DNA of 64,000 bases from Malacoraja senta (lineage: Eukaryota). Position 1 is the first letter of the stretch; each line of letters starts with the position of its first letter. The position numbers and the translations under genes were made by a program. The stretch lies in assembly GCA_038087875.1 (NCBI GenBank), contig CM075991.1:3410001-3474000 (forward strand), read 5' to 3'. The notes under the pieces are model-generated. The model saw nothing but the letters and a program-made list of their open reading frames with translations. It ran no database searches and was not told where the DNA came from. Of the stretch, positions 36,985-50,845 are shown piece after piece.

Positions 36985-38454
36985 TTACAATGGGTTAATG
37001 GGAAAAGGGTGCAGCATTTGACATCAACTCCCAATGTTCTGGTCAACATGTATTCTGAGTGCCCTCCCAGATGGCACGCACTGGCGACATACTTTTTCCG
37101 CCAGACTACCCTACACACACCAGGGACAATTTACATTTATATCAATCCAAATAACCTACAAACCCATACGTCCTTGGAGTGTGGGAGGAAACCGAAGCTC
37201 TCGGAGAAAACACAACCAGGTCACGGGGAGAACGTACAAACTCCGTACAGACAAGCACCCGTAGTCAGGATCGAACCCGAGTCTCTAAGGCTATAGCTCT
37301 ACCGCTGCGCCACCGTGCCGCCCATAAACACACACCATTTAACACACTACCCCTTGCTGCAACCCATTCATTAACACGCACAATCGATCGCTGTGTATGT
37401 ACAGCTAGCCCTTTTCTTTTGGGAACACCGGGGCCTCGAAGGGCACTCAAAATGTTTAGTGCTGAGCGCCAAAGTCTTACTTTCTTCATGTTCTTGCATG
37501 CTGGAAACTGAACCACAGGTCTCCAAAGGTTTGCAGCCTTCAGAAAGCGATTCTTAAAGATTTTGAAAGGGACTCCCGCTGGTAAGAGTTTCTTCATGTC
37601 AGGAGATATGTTTTATGGAGAAGGCTTACACGAATATCAACCAGGGCTTCAAATAAAAAAATACTAGAAATGATGAATGATGATAAGCCCAGATGTAAAT
37701 CATTTCATTATTTAGTGCTGTTGCAGCTTTACATCTAACTTCACATGCAAGCCTTGAAAAGTAGGACAGGTAATCTGATACAGACCTCGTTTTGTTTCAC
37801 TGCCTGCAGACTGCAAAGCTTGATCCAAAAAGCTACATTGCTTAGGAGATGCTTTCTTTGACTGTGCTGCCTACCTACGCTTCACTGAAGATAGACACAA
37901 AAAGCTGGAGTAACTCAGCGGGACAGGCAGCATTTCTGGAGAGAAGGAATGGGTGATGTTTCGGGTCGAGAAGCTTCACCATCTTGTTCCCACACGTCAC
38001 ACTGCACATCCCCAGCGAAAGGACATAACCAAGCAGACTAGTTTGGGAACACTCAGCAGGTCAGGCAGAATCTGTGGATGGAGAAACAGTTCATCTTTCA
38101 GAACAGAAGGATTCGAGAACTGAATTTGTATTTCTCCAAGTTCTTGTACGCGTTTTATGACCACAGTTCACTGTGACTCAAAATGCTGGAGTAACTCAGC
38201 CGGACGGGCAGCATCTCTGGAGAGAAGGAATGGGTGACGTTTTGGGTCGAGACCCTTCAAACTGAAAGTCACAGGAAAGGGAAACAAGAGATATAGACGA
38301 TGAGTGAAAAATGAGTGAAAAATATGCAAAAAAGTAACAATGACCGCTTTGATTTCCTCCCACATTCCAACGATGTACAGGTTGGTAAGTTAATTGGGGT
38401 TGCAAGGGTCTTGACCCGAAACGTCACCCATTCCTTCTCTCCAGAGATGTTGCC

Positions 38455-39430
38455 TGACCTACCTTTCACTCTAATGGGGACGTACACATCCTGATCTCCC
38501 TTCAGTACACTTTTAAAAACATCCCACTTGGCCGATGTTCCTTTCCCCTCAAATAACCTGCTCCAGTCAAATTGAGCGAGACCTTCTCTCATATCCTCAA
38601 AGTTGACCTTACCCCAGTTGAGCATTTTAACACGTGGACCCTCTCCGTCCCTATATATTACTATCTTAAACCTAATCGAACTGTGGTCACTGGTCCCAAA
38701 AGGCTCCTTCACACACACTTCATTAACGTGCCCTTCCCAATTTCCCAATACTAGATCCAGCGTTGCCCTCTCACGTGTGGGGGCCTCCACATACTGCTTA
38801 AGAAAACTCTCCTGAACACTTTTGAGGAAACACTTCACGCTATGATTTTCCCAGTCTATATTGGGAAAGTTGAAATTCCCTACTACACCAAACTTATTTG
38901 ACCTGCAATTGTCTGTAATCTCCCAGCACATTTGTTCTTCTAATTCCCGTTGACTATTTGGGGGTCTGTAGTACATCCCCAACAAGGTGATCATCCCTTT
39001 CTTGTTCCTCAGCTCCACCCATATAGTCTCACTAGACGAACCATCTGTAATGTCACCTCTGAACACAGCCGTGACATCCTCCTTAACCAACAATGCAACC
39101 CCACCTCCTCTTTTTCCCTCACCCCTGTCTGTCCTGAAGCTCCTGTGCCCCGCAACATTGAGCTGCCAGTCCTGCCCCTCGCTTAACCAGGTTTCAGTCA
39201 TGGCTATAACGTCCCAGTCGTTCATACCTATCCACGCCCTAAGCTCATCTGCCTTACCCGTCAAGCCCCTTGCATTAAAATACATGCAGTTTAAACTAAC
39301 CCTCCTTCCTCGCTCTCTGGCTTTTTGCCTATTCTGTCCATTGACCTTTCCCACACCACCCTCCATACCAACTTCTAGCCTCTTCTGTGCCTCTGTCCAG
39401 CACGAGATCCCACCCCCCTGCCAATGTGCG
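38455..39430 (-). pseudogene. CR1 ORF2 N-terminal APE endonuclease fragment
   Basis: YFNARGL, AMTETWL, GGGVALLVK, YYRPP, GNFNFP, LDLVL, SDH motifs. Confidence 0.9.
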
Positions 39431-40945
39431 GGGATCGCTAGTCGGTGTGGACTCGGTGGGCCGAGGGGCCTGTTTCCGTGCTGGATCTCTAAACTAAACT
39501 GAACCACTGGCACTACATTCACATTCCAACCATCTGCCATAATCACTATCACAGCTTTCAACTAACAGTTTATTTATCAAGCCCTGTTCCAAAGGGAAAA
39601 AAAACATTATTTTTCCTCCATAAATTTAAAAATGCTTTGTTTTTCAGAGAACACCCTGTTTGTCTTGGCTCTCACAGAACCTAATGCTTTATCCAGCCTT
39701 TCACATCAGCAGCGACCTGATTACTGTTTAGATCCCTGGATTTCTATTTCTCTTTCAAGTATAAATGCAACATTCAAGCTATTTGTTTTCTTGACTATAA
39801 ATTGGACATTGCTTGTAAAATGGCGTTCCAAATACAAATTTATTTAACAATCTATTTTCTTCCAGAGAAGGCAGGGCAGATGTGAAATTTGATTGACTGT
39901 ATGAGTGCAGAAAATGAAGATTGCAAGCTGGAGAATAGATTTACATTTCCTATGTTCTTCTCCAAGGATATAATCAATTCTCTGGAAATGTCAATGTATG
40001 TCATATTTTAATTTAAAATTGCTCTAATTTAATATAACAAATGTTGATTGGGCAGCTTACAACCCAGCAGTATGTGTATTGATTTCTCAAACTCCAAGCA
40101 ACCCTTCCATCCCCTCTCTCTCCACCCCTCCCCCACCCAAGTGGTTGTAGGAGCTTCAGTCGTCTTGTTAAGTCTCATTGTCAGTAACTCGTTTTCACCT
40201 AGCTCACAGCTAAAAATGGCCTGTTTCCTTTACCATCATAACTTTTTCGCATATTTTTCATTCATTTGTTCTATATCTCTCTCCATCACTGATTATATAT
40301 CTCGTTTCCCTTTCCCCTGACTCTCTGTTTGAAGAAGGGTCTTGACCCAAAACGTCACCTATCCATGTTCTCCAGAGATGCTGCTTGACCCGACCCGCTG
40401 AGTTACTCCAGGTTTTTGTGTCTATCTTCAGTTAGTTGATCACCCCTTGTTTATTATTTCTCCACCTATTATAGTGTCTCTCACTATCAGCATCTAGATG
40501 TATCAATGCCATGCCTTCTGTTTAGTGACAAGTAACTTATAATATAGATTGAGAGTTATAAAACCAAAACATAACGTTAGTGGAATTGGTTTCACACAGA
40601 GGGTCATAGGAATATGGAACAAGCTGCCAGAGGATGTTGGAGTAACTCAGCGGGACAGGCAGCATCTCTGGAGAGAAGGAATGGGTGACGTTTTGGGTCG
40701 AGACCCTTCTTCAGTCTGCCTGTGGAAGTAGTTGAGGCAGGTCCAATAACAATTCCCAGTGATGCTCCCAAATATCTCCCAGGGGTGAAGAAGATTGCAA
40801 AACATGGTGAAGACTGCCCTGTCCATCACTTGGTTCACCCTGGTCCTTCCTTCTTCTCAATGCTCCCGCCTGGCAGAGGATACAGAAGTGTGCACCACCA
40901 GACTCCGTCCCTATCTCTTGTTATCCCTTTCCCCTGACTCTTAGT

Positions 40946-40973
40946 CTGAAGAAGGGTCTCGACCCGAAACGTC
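40946..40973 (+). ncRNA. Minimal type-I hammerhead motif in a Penelope pLTR
   Basis: GU-CUGAAGA-AGGGUCUCGACCC-GAAA-CGUC-AC, with palindromic ACGU in place of stem III. Confidence 0.7.
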
Positions 40974-41494
40974 ACCTATTCCTTTTCTCGAGAGATAGAT
41001 GCTGCCTGACCTGCTGAGTTACTCCAGCTTTTTGTGTCTATCTCCAGTTTAAACCAGCATCTGCTGTTCCTTCTAAACACAATCATAGACTTGTCCCACC
41101 CTGGTCATTCCCCCTTCCCTCCGCTCCCGTCAGGCAGAAGATAGAGAAGCCTGAAAGCGTGCACCACCAGGCCCCGGAACAGCTTCTTCCCCCCTGTATT
41201 CAAGCTTCTGAACGGCCCTTCCATAAGCGAGGGTGCTGTCCGATTCACCTCTACCCCATTGCGGACATTGGGCTTTGTCTATGGAACTGATGCGCTACAA
41301 TGCTGAGAACTATATTCTGCACCCTTAGCTCTATCCATTCTACTGGAGTTTGACGATGGTTTTTATGTATAATCTTATCTGATCTGGTTGGATATCCATG
41401 CAAAAAGAAGCGTTTTCAATGTACCTCGGTACATATGGCAATAACAAACCTAAACCTAAGCTTAAACCTAAAGTAACCTTTGTCCCTTCCACCA

Positions 41495-42430
41495 ACACTG
41501 AGGGCACCATATCTGAGGAAGGATGTGCTGGCTCTGGAGAGGCTCCAGAGGACATTTACAAGAATGATCCCAGCAATGAATGGGTTAACGTATGAGGAGC
41601 GTTTGTCGGCACTGGGCCTGTACTTACTGGAGTTTAGAAGAATGAGGGGGGACCTAATTGAAACTTACCGAATAGTGAAAGGCTTGGATAGAGTGGATGT
41701 GGAGAGGATGTTTCCACTAGTTGGAGAGTCTAGGACTGGAGGTCACAGCCTCAGAATTAAAGGACGTTACTTTAGGAAGGAGATGAGGAGAAATTTCTTT
41801 AGTCAGAGGGTCGTGAAACTGTGGAATTCTTTGCCATAGAAGGCTGTGGAGGCAAAGTCTGTGGATATATTTAATGCAGAGATAGGTAGTTTCTTGATTA
41901 GTATGGGTGTTAGAGATTATGGGGAGAAGGCAGGAGAATGTGGTTAGGAGAAATAGATCAGCCATGATTGAATGGCGTGGTGGACTTGACGGGCCGAATG
42001 GCCTAATTCTACTCGTATCACTTATATTTGCTGGAGTTTAGAAGAATGAGGGGGGATCTCATGGAAACGTACAGAATAGTGAGAAGCTTGGATAGTGGAT
42101 GTGGAGAGGATGTTTCCACTAGTGGGAGAGTCGAGGACTAGAGGTCACAGTCTCAGAAATAAAGGACAGTGTTTTAGGAAGGAGATGGGGATGAATTTCT
42201 TTAGTCGGAGGGTGGTGAATCTGTGGAATTCTTTGCCAAAGAAGGATGTGGAGGGCAAATCAATGAATATTTTTAAAGCAGAGATAGATAGATTCTTGAT
42301 TAGTTCGGGAGGTTATGGGGAGAAGACAGGAGAATAGGCGTTTGGAGGGCGAGATAGATCAGCCATGATTGGATGGCGGAGCAGACTTGATGGGCCGAAT
42401 GGCCTAATTCTGCTCCTATCATTTATGACC
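41495..42430 (+). mobile_element. Two tandem CR1 3' fragments
   Basis: APYLRKDVLALERLQRTFTRMIP...LWNSLP peptide and 3'UTRs. Confidence 0.88.
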
Positions 42431-43157
42431 TGAGAAATGTGGCCGGAAGATTGTGAAAATAGCAGTGTGGAGGGCAAAGAGCAAATTGTCATTAGAATCC
42501 CAGGAATTAAAAATTCCTTCTTGTAATTGCACACTTAATTCAATTCCAACTCTGAAATTCTGCTACCGGCAAATCATGCAGCAAGACAAACACAACGTAT
42601 CTGAACAATTAAACAACGCAGTTGTCGATGCAAATCTCTAGGAGGAACTGATCTTCATGTTAAGCTTAAAAGGTGCATATTTTCCACACAGTGGTTAGGA
42701 AATTAAAATGTAAATGTATCTCAGCCCTGACCCAACTCTCTGCTGCCATCTTCTAATAGCAGATTGACTGTGCAATTGAGAATTGTTTCTGCAGAACTGC
42801 TGGCTCTGAATTAGTCATTGGTGATCCGAGTGTATGTTAAACAGGGATCACAAAGGACTAATTGTAAAGCACTTTTATTGCGTAACTCAATTATAAATTA
42901 CTCAATGTTAACAGAGTTCTTCTCGGTTTCTAGTTTCACACAACATGGGCTGATAGAATTACACATGTTTCAAGAAGTTAGAGACTTTAGATCAGTGGTC
43001 ACGAGGAAAAAGCATCCCTCATCTCATTATATTATCATGGCGTAGAAAATGGAAACCGGACAACATGATCAAGTTGGATGGACAATAACAAATAATGTGC
43101 ATGCGTAAATGAGATCAGAAGGAAGGTTTAAGAAAGAACCGCAGATTCAGGAGAAAT

Positions 43158-43968
43158 AGAAGGTAGACAGAAATGCTGGATAAACTCAGCGGGTGAGGCA
43201 GCATCTATGGAGCGAAGGAATAGGTGACGTTTCGGGTCGAGACCCTCCTTCAGTCTGAAGAATGGTCTCGACCCGAAACGTCACCTATTCCTTCACTCCA
43301 TAGATGCTACCTCACCCGCTGAGTTTCTCCTGCATTTTTGTCTACCTTCAGAAGGAAGGCGTTTACTTTCCCTTGCAACCGCAGGAAATGCTACACTTGT
43401 CGCTTTATCTCCCCCCTCGACTCCATCCAAAGACCCAAGCAGTCTTTCCAGGTGAGGCAGAGGTTCACCTGCACCTCCTCCAACCTCATCTATTGCATCC
43501 GCTGTTCTTGGTGTCAACTGCTCTACATCGGTGAGACCAAGCGCAGGCTTGGCGATCGCTTCGCCCAACACCTCCGCTCAGTTCGCATTAACCAACCTGA
43601 TCTCCCGATGGCTCAGCACTCCAACTCCCCCTTCCATTCCAAATCCGACCTTTCTGCCCTGGGCCTCCTCCATGGCCAGAGTGAGTCCCATCGCAAATTG
43701 GAGGAGCAGCACCTCATATTTCGCTTGGGTAGTTTACACCCCAGCGGTATGAACATTGACATCTCCAATTTCAGGTCGTCCTTGCTTTCTCCCTCCTTCC
43801 CAGCTCTCCCACAGCCCACTGTCTCCGCCTCTTCCTTTCTTCTTCCCGCCCCCCCCACCCCCACATCAGTCTGGAGAAGGGTCTCGACCCGAAAAGTCAC
43901 CTATTCCTTCGCTCCATAGATGCTGCCTCACCCGCTGAGTTTCTCCAGCATTTTTGTCTACCTTCAGA
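43158..43968 (+). mobile_element. Penelope-like (Neptune-type) element, truncated: inverted pLTR, direct pLTR, GIY-YIG region, 3' pLTR
   Basis: Palindrome centred at 43254; pLTR repeated at ~43868-43968. Confidence 0.9.
43365..43780 (+). pseudogene. GIY-YIG endonuclease of a Penelope-like element
   Basis: CNRRKCYTC knuckle, FTCTSSNLIYCIRC..C..LYIGET.R.L..RF..H, EQHLIFRLGSLHPSGMN. Confidence 0.92.
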
Positions 43969-44559
43969 TGGGAGGTGGGTTGTTTAAACTACAAAGTGAC
44001 TGGAGAAAGAGATTGAATGTTTGTAGCTTGAGTAAATGCATCTTGCATCAAAGAGATTTTTAGGAGGGTTTTACATGGGCACGTGGAGATGCAGGGAATG
44101 GAGAGATATGGATCACGTGCGGGTAGAGGAGGTTAGTTTAACATGCCATCATATTCAGCAAGGGCATTAGTACGGGTGTCAGAGGTTATGGGGAGAAGGC
44201 AGGAGAATGGGGTTAGGAGGGAGAGATAGATCAGCCATGATTGAATGGCAGAGTAGACTTGGCCTAATTCTGCTCCTATCACTTATGACCTTATGACATT
44301 GTGGGCTGAAGGGCCTGTTCCTGTGCTGTTCTGTTTTAGTGTTACCAGGGAAGGTGGTGGAGACAGATACTTTCATGGCATTTAAGAGCCTTTATAGATT
44401 GCAGGGAATGGCAGGAAATGATTCACTTGCAGGCAGATGAAATGAGCTCAACTTGACATCATGTTCAGTACAGACATTGTGGGACGAAGGACCTCTTCCT
44501 ACGGTGCTGAGGAGGAGTTGAAGAAGAAATGGTGACTTATCTGACAATCCAGGAATCCC

Positions 44560-44940
44560 TGAACAGAGTGGGTTAACATATGACGGCACTGAGCCTATAC
44601 TCACTGGAGTTTAGAAGGATGAGGGGAAACCTCATTGCAACTAACCGAATAGTGAAAGTCTTGGATAGAGTGGATGTGGAGAGGATGTTTCCACTAGTTG
44701 GAGAGTCTAGGACTAGAGGTCCTAGCCTCAGAATTAAAGGGCGTTCCTTTGGGAAGGTGATGAGGAGCAACTTCTTTAGTCAGAGGGTGGTGAATCTGTG
44801 GAATTCTTTGCCACAGAATGCTGTGGAGTCTGTCAATGGATAATTTTAAGGCAGAGATAGATAGATTCTTGATGAATATGGGTGTCGGGGGTTGTGGGGA
44901 GAAGGCACGAGAATGAGGTTAGGAAGGAGAGATAGATCAT
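44560..44940 (+). mobile_element. CR1 3' fragment
   Basis: [11 protein letters not shown]...NLWNSLP peptide. Confidence 0.85.
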
Positions 44941-45329
44941 GGTCAAATTGTCCCCTTTGATGTCTCATTTTCACACCTTACCCTTCCAGATATCTCTCTG
45001 TCTCCCCCTCCCCCTAGTACCTGCCTCTACTACCTGTTCTGTATAATGTTTACATATTCTGTTGTGCTGCAGCAAGCAAGAATTTCATTGTCCTATCTGG
45101 GACACATGACAATAAAACTCTCTTGACTCTTGAAAAGCTTTGTATATGTACTAGGCTGTCAATTCTATAGATTCATGGAGCATGGAAACAGGCCCTTTGG
45201 CCCAACTTGCCTATGCTGACCAACATGCCCCATTTACACTAGTCCCACATACGATACCTGGGTGCAATCAACCCACTACACAAGTACAACAGGTAGTACA
45301 AAGAGAAGAATATATCCAACTGCAGTGTT

Positions 45330-45611
45330 AAGGGCCTGTCCCACTGACGCCACCTTTACAGGCGACTGCCGGCACCCATGATAGGTCGTGAGAAGTCTCT
45401 TATGGTCATGAGAGGTCATGAGAGGTCTCCTATGGTCGTGAGTGGTCACCCGCGACATGTCGTCAGGGGTTGCCTGTATGGTCGTGAGAGGTCTCCTATG
45501 GTCGTGAGAGGTCTCCGAAGAGTCTTTCTAGTCGCCGCTGAATTTTCAACATGTTGAAAATGTCAGCAACCTATCACGGGTGTCGGCAATCGCCTGTAAA
45601 GGACAGGCCCT
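45330..45611. mobile_element. PIF/Harbinger-like MITE with internal GGTCGTGAGA repeats
   Basis: TTA|AGGGCCTGTCC ... GGACAGGCCCT; right TIR partly deleted. Confidence 0.7.
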
Positions 45612-48600
45612 ACACAGTGTTACAACATCACAGATATGGGGAAAGTGCAGATTTTAAAAAGTGCAAGGTCCATAGTGAGGTAGGTTGGAGGTTGAAGTAA
45701 GCGGTCTAGTTATATTTAAAAATTAAGTTACAAGACTCCTAGCTCTGTGAAAATATTCATCTCTTATTTACCCTTTTTTTGCCTTTGTTTTCTCCGACTG
45801 ATGCTTTAATGAAATTCTAAACTTTGCGAGATCATTAACAAAATTGGGGATATATATCCTCCTGTCTGTGCGAAGGACTTGAAAATACTGAGCTGAGATT
45901 AGTTTTTAACAAGAACCCTGTAAGATAATTCCACCATTACACATCAGCCACAGGAAAAGCACTAGACATGTGAATTTATTATGGCGGTAAGGTGTCATAA
46001 CAATTTTGTACTCGGTAAACATTTCTCACCAGCCGTGAAGAGGGAAGTAATTAAAGATTCATTGGACAAGTTGAATGCGTTTTCCTACTTGCCAATGTTT
46101 TCATGACCTCTGCTCTTCCAAGCTGTTGAATCCTTGCAGGCTATGGTTTTATCGGTCCTCATCCATCACATTGACAGGCCTACAAACATCAGGAACATCG
46201 GCTAATATTCTCCTCTTGAATTAGAGACGTTACCTTCTGAACCGTCTGAATTTTATAGTCGACAGGGCAGTACTCTGCATATCGCCAACTTGGACAATTT
46301 TTACATTTTTATCAAGCCAATTAATCAATCCAATTAACCTACAAACCTGCACGTCTTTGGAGTGTGGGAGGATACCGAAGATCTCGGAGAAAACCCACGC
46401 AGATCACGGGGAGAACGTACAAACTCCATACAGACCTGGATCTCTGGCGCTGCATTTTGCTGTAAGGCAGCAACTCTACCACTGTGCCACCGTGACTGCT
46501 AAATCCTATGTGTAGGAAGAAACTGCAGATAGACACAAAAAGTTGGAGCAACTCAGTGGGACAGGCAGCATCTCTACGAGTGAAGGAATGGGTGACGTTT
46601 AGGGTCGAGACCCTTCTTCAGGAACTGCAGACACTGGTTTAAACCGAAGACAGGCGCAAAATGCCGGAGTAACTCTGCGGGCCAGACAGCGAGAAAAGGT
46701 ATAGGTGACCAGCGATCCCCGCACATTAACACTACCCTACACACACCAGGGACAATTGTGACATTTACCAAGCCAATTCACCTACATACCTGTACGTCTT
46801 TTGGAGTGTGGGAGGAAACCAAAGATCTCATAGAAAACCCACGCAGTGACAGGGAGAATGTAGAGACCTTTCTTCAGATTGGCAGGCTGTTACTCAAATC
46901 TTGCTCCAAGGAGAATCCTTGATTATAGTCTATTACAAGCTGTTTCTAATTTGTTCTAATGACTTAGATAAAGCCTAATGTAGCCAAGTTCATCATCGTT
47001 AAAAAAAAATCTAGCAGGGATAGAGAGCTCAAAGGAGGGCACTGTCTAAGATTTCTACTTTACATATAAGTTTAGATCTATTATTGTCACCTGTACCGAG
47101 GTGCAGTGAAAAGTAGCCTCAGAATGAAAGGACGATGAGGAGGATTTTCTTTAGTCAGAGGGTGGTGCATCTGTGGAATTCTTTGCCACAGAAGGCTGTC
47201 GAGGCAAAGTACGTGGATATATCTAATGCAGCGATAGGTAGATTTTACTTCGGAGTCACGTGAGTCACTACGTGAAGAAGACCCCGTCCAGCCGCACACG
47301 CGTCATATCGATCAGACGCATAGCGTTCATGACCGTGTGTGGAGGAGCAGGAGCTCCTCCGACCGGTGAGTAAAGCAAACGTAAAGCAAAAGTCGGAAGG
47401 TAAGTGGGTTTACTTTCACTTACAGGAGCGTTTCCTTCCCATGCAGACTTGTTGGTGGAGCTCCACACAAGTTTATTATGGAGAAAGGGGAAGGAGAGGT
47501 GGCCAGGGATGCACCGTAGTAAAACCCCAGATCCTAAGGGTAGCGGGCGTCAGTCAAGGGAGTCAGTGGCAGCGAAGCCATTAGCTCCCGTTGTGGTCGA
47601 GTGTGCCGTTAAACCGCCGGCGGCGGGGCGCAAGGCTGGACAAAAGTCGGCCCGACCTGTAGACTCGGATGAGTCAGACCCGGAGGTATACCCTCCTCAG
47701 GCAGGAAATAATATTGCACTGCAAGGGTCAAAACTTTAGAACTCCTGATGGGGAAGATGATTTATAAAGAACCCCCACAGGAGGATTTAAGTCGGTGTTG
47801 GCCAATGGAGGATATAGCACAGGGGGTGCCTTGGATGGGACAGGCACAAGGGTGGCCTACAGGAGAGCCATCACAAATGCCTGTGCAGAAACATTACAGT
47901 GGTTGGCCTACAGGAGAGCCAGTACCCAAAAATGCCAGAAAAAAGGCAATATATGTGTTGGCCTATTGGAGAGCCAGTATTAGAAATGCCTGAACAAAAG
48001 GCAGCACAAACGTGCAATGACAAATGTGCCAGCACCGACAATAAAAAGAGAAAAAATAATGAAGCGTTGGCCTAGAATTGAGCCAGCGCCAGCAGCACCT
48101 GAAACAGGGCTGCCTATCCGGGGGCCTACAAGAGAGCCCGCGCAGGGGGAATCTGGCAGAGACTTACCAGAAACAGGGGAGCCAGAAATTACCCAACATA
48201 AAGATTAATATCTAGATTCAGATGATGATTTATATGAGGACCAGAGCCCATTATCAGAGCTAAAATGTTCCAAGGCTGGCACAAAAGTTTGCTGTTCCCA
48301 GAGTAACAGGGGAACCTTTGAGAGAGGAAATAGCTATGACTATAAATTATCTACTCTCCCATCAGCCCCAGGAATAAACTATGGATGAGACTATCAAAAA
48401 GTATGAGACCCCGGAAAATTGTGAATTGCTAGCAGTTCCAGCAGTGAATAACTTGAGATGGGTTATTTGAGCAGTGGTTTACGCTCACAAGAAATGAAAT
48501 TACAACGTGTGCTGAAATTGCTGGGGTCAGGCATTACGGCATTGCCAGTGGCATTGGATGAAGATTTTATATCGGATTCACAACAAAATGCCTTAGCACT

Positions 48601-48949
48601 CATGTGTAGTGCGCACTTTGAAATAAATTGTATTCGTAAAAATGCAATAAGACCAAATATTCATCCTAAAGTATGCAGGCTCTGCAAACCATCCAATATA
48701 CAAATGCCTAAATCTGCTTTTTGGAGAAAATCTAGCAAAGAAGCTAAAGGATCACCTATGCTGAGCAGAGCGGTGCGATTGCAGTATCCCTACAGGCGAA
48801 ATGCTGGTGCTGGAGAAGGAACAAGCCTATCATTCTCGTATACACGTTGACGTGCTGCACCAAGGATACGTGGAGGTTACAATGTGCCTACTAGAAGGGG
48901 ACAACAATTGCCGGTGGCAAACCCCGAGGTAGGGGGGCTTGGTCTGGTA

Positions 48950-50845
48950 AGAAACACAACAAATGTTTCACACTCACAAATAGGGGGAAGGTTACGATTC
49001 TTCCTAAAAGAATGGCAATCAATAACAAATGATTCATTTATTCTATGTAGCATTGTAGGATTCAAAATTGAGTTCTCTCCACGTTTGGATCTTCCAATTC
49101 AGCATAATTCAAACTGGTCACGGAATTTCTCAAAGGAAGAGAATAAGTTGATCAAGGGAGAATTGAAAATTTTATGCGGAAAAGGGGTAATAGAAAAGTC
49201 AGTAGAACAACACCATCAGTTTGTGTCATATATTTTCCTAGAACAAAAAAGGATGGTAGATGTAGAATCATTTCGGATCTGACAAATCTTAACCTTTATG
49301 TACAATAGAAACATTTCAAAATGGAAACATTTACAAATGCCATTCAGCTGGTCACAAAGAATTGCTACATGGCAAGCACAGATCTGCAAAATGCATATTA
49401 TTCTGTGGCAATGCATGGTAATGATCAAAGATATTTGTAATTTAGATGGATGAGTCAGTTATGGCAATTTAAAGCATTGCCCAATGGCCTGACTTCAGCA
49501 CCAAGATTATTCACTAAATTACTCAAACCAATTTTAGCTCTGCTAAGAGCTGAGGGCCATGTATTAATGGTTTATTTAGATGATATTCTGATTGTAGGAC
49601 ACTTTGGCTACAGCAAAATTGTCCGTATCTAGAGTCAAATACATTTTGAAAAAATGGGTTTCATTATTCACCTACAAAAATCAAAATTGTTACCAAGCAA
49701 GAACATTGATTACCTAGGGTTCACAATTAACTCTGAACACATGGTAATCACCTTGCCAAAAGAGAAGGCTGCAGTTAATTGAAGATTGCACTAAACTCAT
49801 AAACGAGGACAAGCCTTCAATTAGAGAAGTGGCAAGCTTGCTGGGCAAATTAATTGCTGGGTTTCCAGCTGTCAGGTTTGGACCATTGCATTATCAATGT
49901 TTGCAGAGGGCTAAGGTACAAGCATTAAAAATGAATACAGGGCATTTTGACAGGCCCATGAAATTAACAATTGGGTCCATTACAGAAATAGAATGGTGGA
50001 TTAACAATGTCTCTAATGCTTCCAGAAAAGTTCTGGTAGAAACACCTTCTGTCATTCTACAGACTGATGTAAGTGCTCTTGGATGGGCGCAACTAACACG
50101 ATTTCCAGCTGTGGAGGTAGGTGGAATGTCGATGAAGTACCTTTGCAGGAAAATTAAGGAATAAATTACCTAGAGCTGTTAGGAACATTTCATGGCCTTA
50201 AAGCTTATTGCACTAATATGGGAAATGTGCATGTTCAGGTACAGGTTGACAATACTACAGCTGTAGCATACATAAATCACATGGGTGGTATCAAATCAGA
50301 ATCATGTGATAGATTGGCAAATGAAATTTGGACCTGGTGTATTGTCAGGAAAATCTGGCTGTCAGCAATATATTTACCAGGAAAATTTAACACAATTGCA
50401 GACAAAAGATCACGTAAATTTAATGATAAAACAGAATGGATGTTACATCAGGAAATATTTAAGCAAATTGTAACACGATTTGGAATGCCAAAGATTGATT
50501 TGTTTGTATCAAGACTAAACCACCAATTGCCTAAGTATGTGTCATGGGAAACTGATCCTGGTGCAGTAGCGGTAGATGCTTTCTCGCTACATTGGGGTGA
50601 TATGTTTCTGTATGCATTTCCTCCATTTTGTTTAAATCAATAGATGCATACAGAAAATTAAACAGGACTCAGCCTCGGGGATTTTGGTGGTACCAGATTG
50701 GCCTACACAGCTGTGGTATCCACTGGTGTTAAACATAATCAAAGAACCCCTTATGGTTATTCCAAAGCAGGTGAAACTGCGTGTAAACCCTGTAACTAAT
50801 GAACCACATCCTTTACATGATCGTATTGGTTTGTTGATTTGCAGA
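48950..50845 (+). pseudogene. DIRS RT, RNase H and adenine methyltransferase-like region
   Basis: GGRLRFFLKEW, DLQNAYY, LPNGLTSAPRLFTK, YLDDILI, QTD.S..GW, DNTTAVAYINHMGG, IDLF.S..N...YAFPPF; stops and frameshifts. Confidence 0.92.

Noticed and set aside
37519..37581. Possible 63-nt exon (CAG|...G|GTAAGA, open frame LQRFAAFRKRFLKILKGTPA)
   Set aside because: Weak polypyrimidine tract, unrecognised peptide and no partner exons
38269..39561. 430-aa ORF as a host gene
   Set aside because: Chance read-through of a SINE tail, a CR1 APE fragment and pLTR/SINE pieces
47850..47980. CRISPR-like spaced repeats (also 55657-55830)
   Set aside because: Degenerate tandem repeats inside DIRS gag regions; no cas genes and a eukaryotic context
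50440..50845. Bacterial-type adenine methyltransferase as horizontal transfer or contamination
   Set aside because: A known domain of DIRS1-like elements, in its usual position
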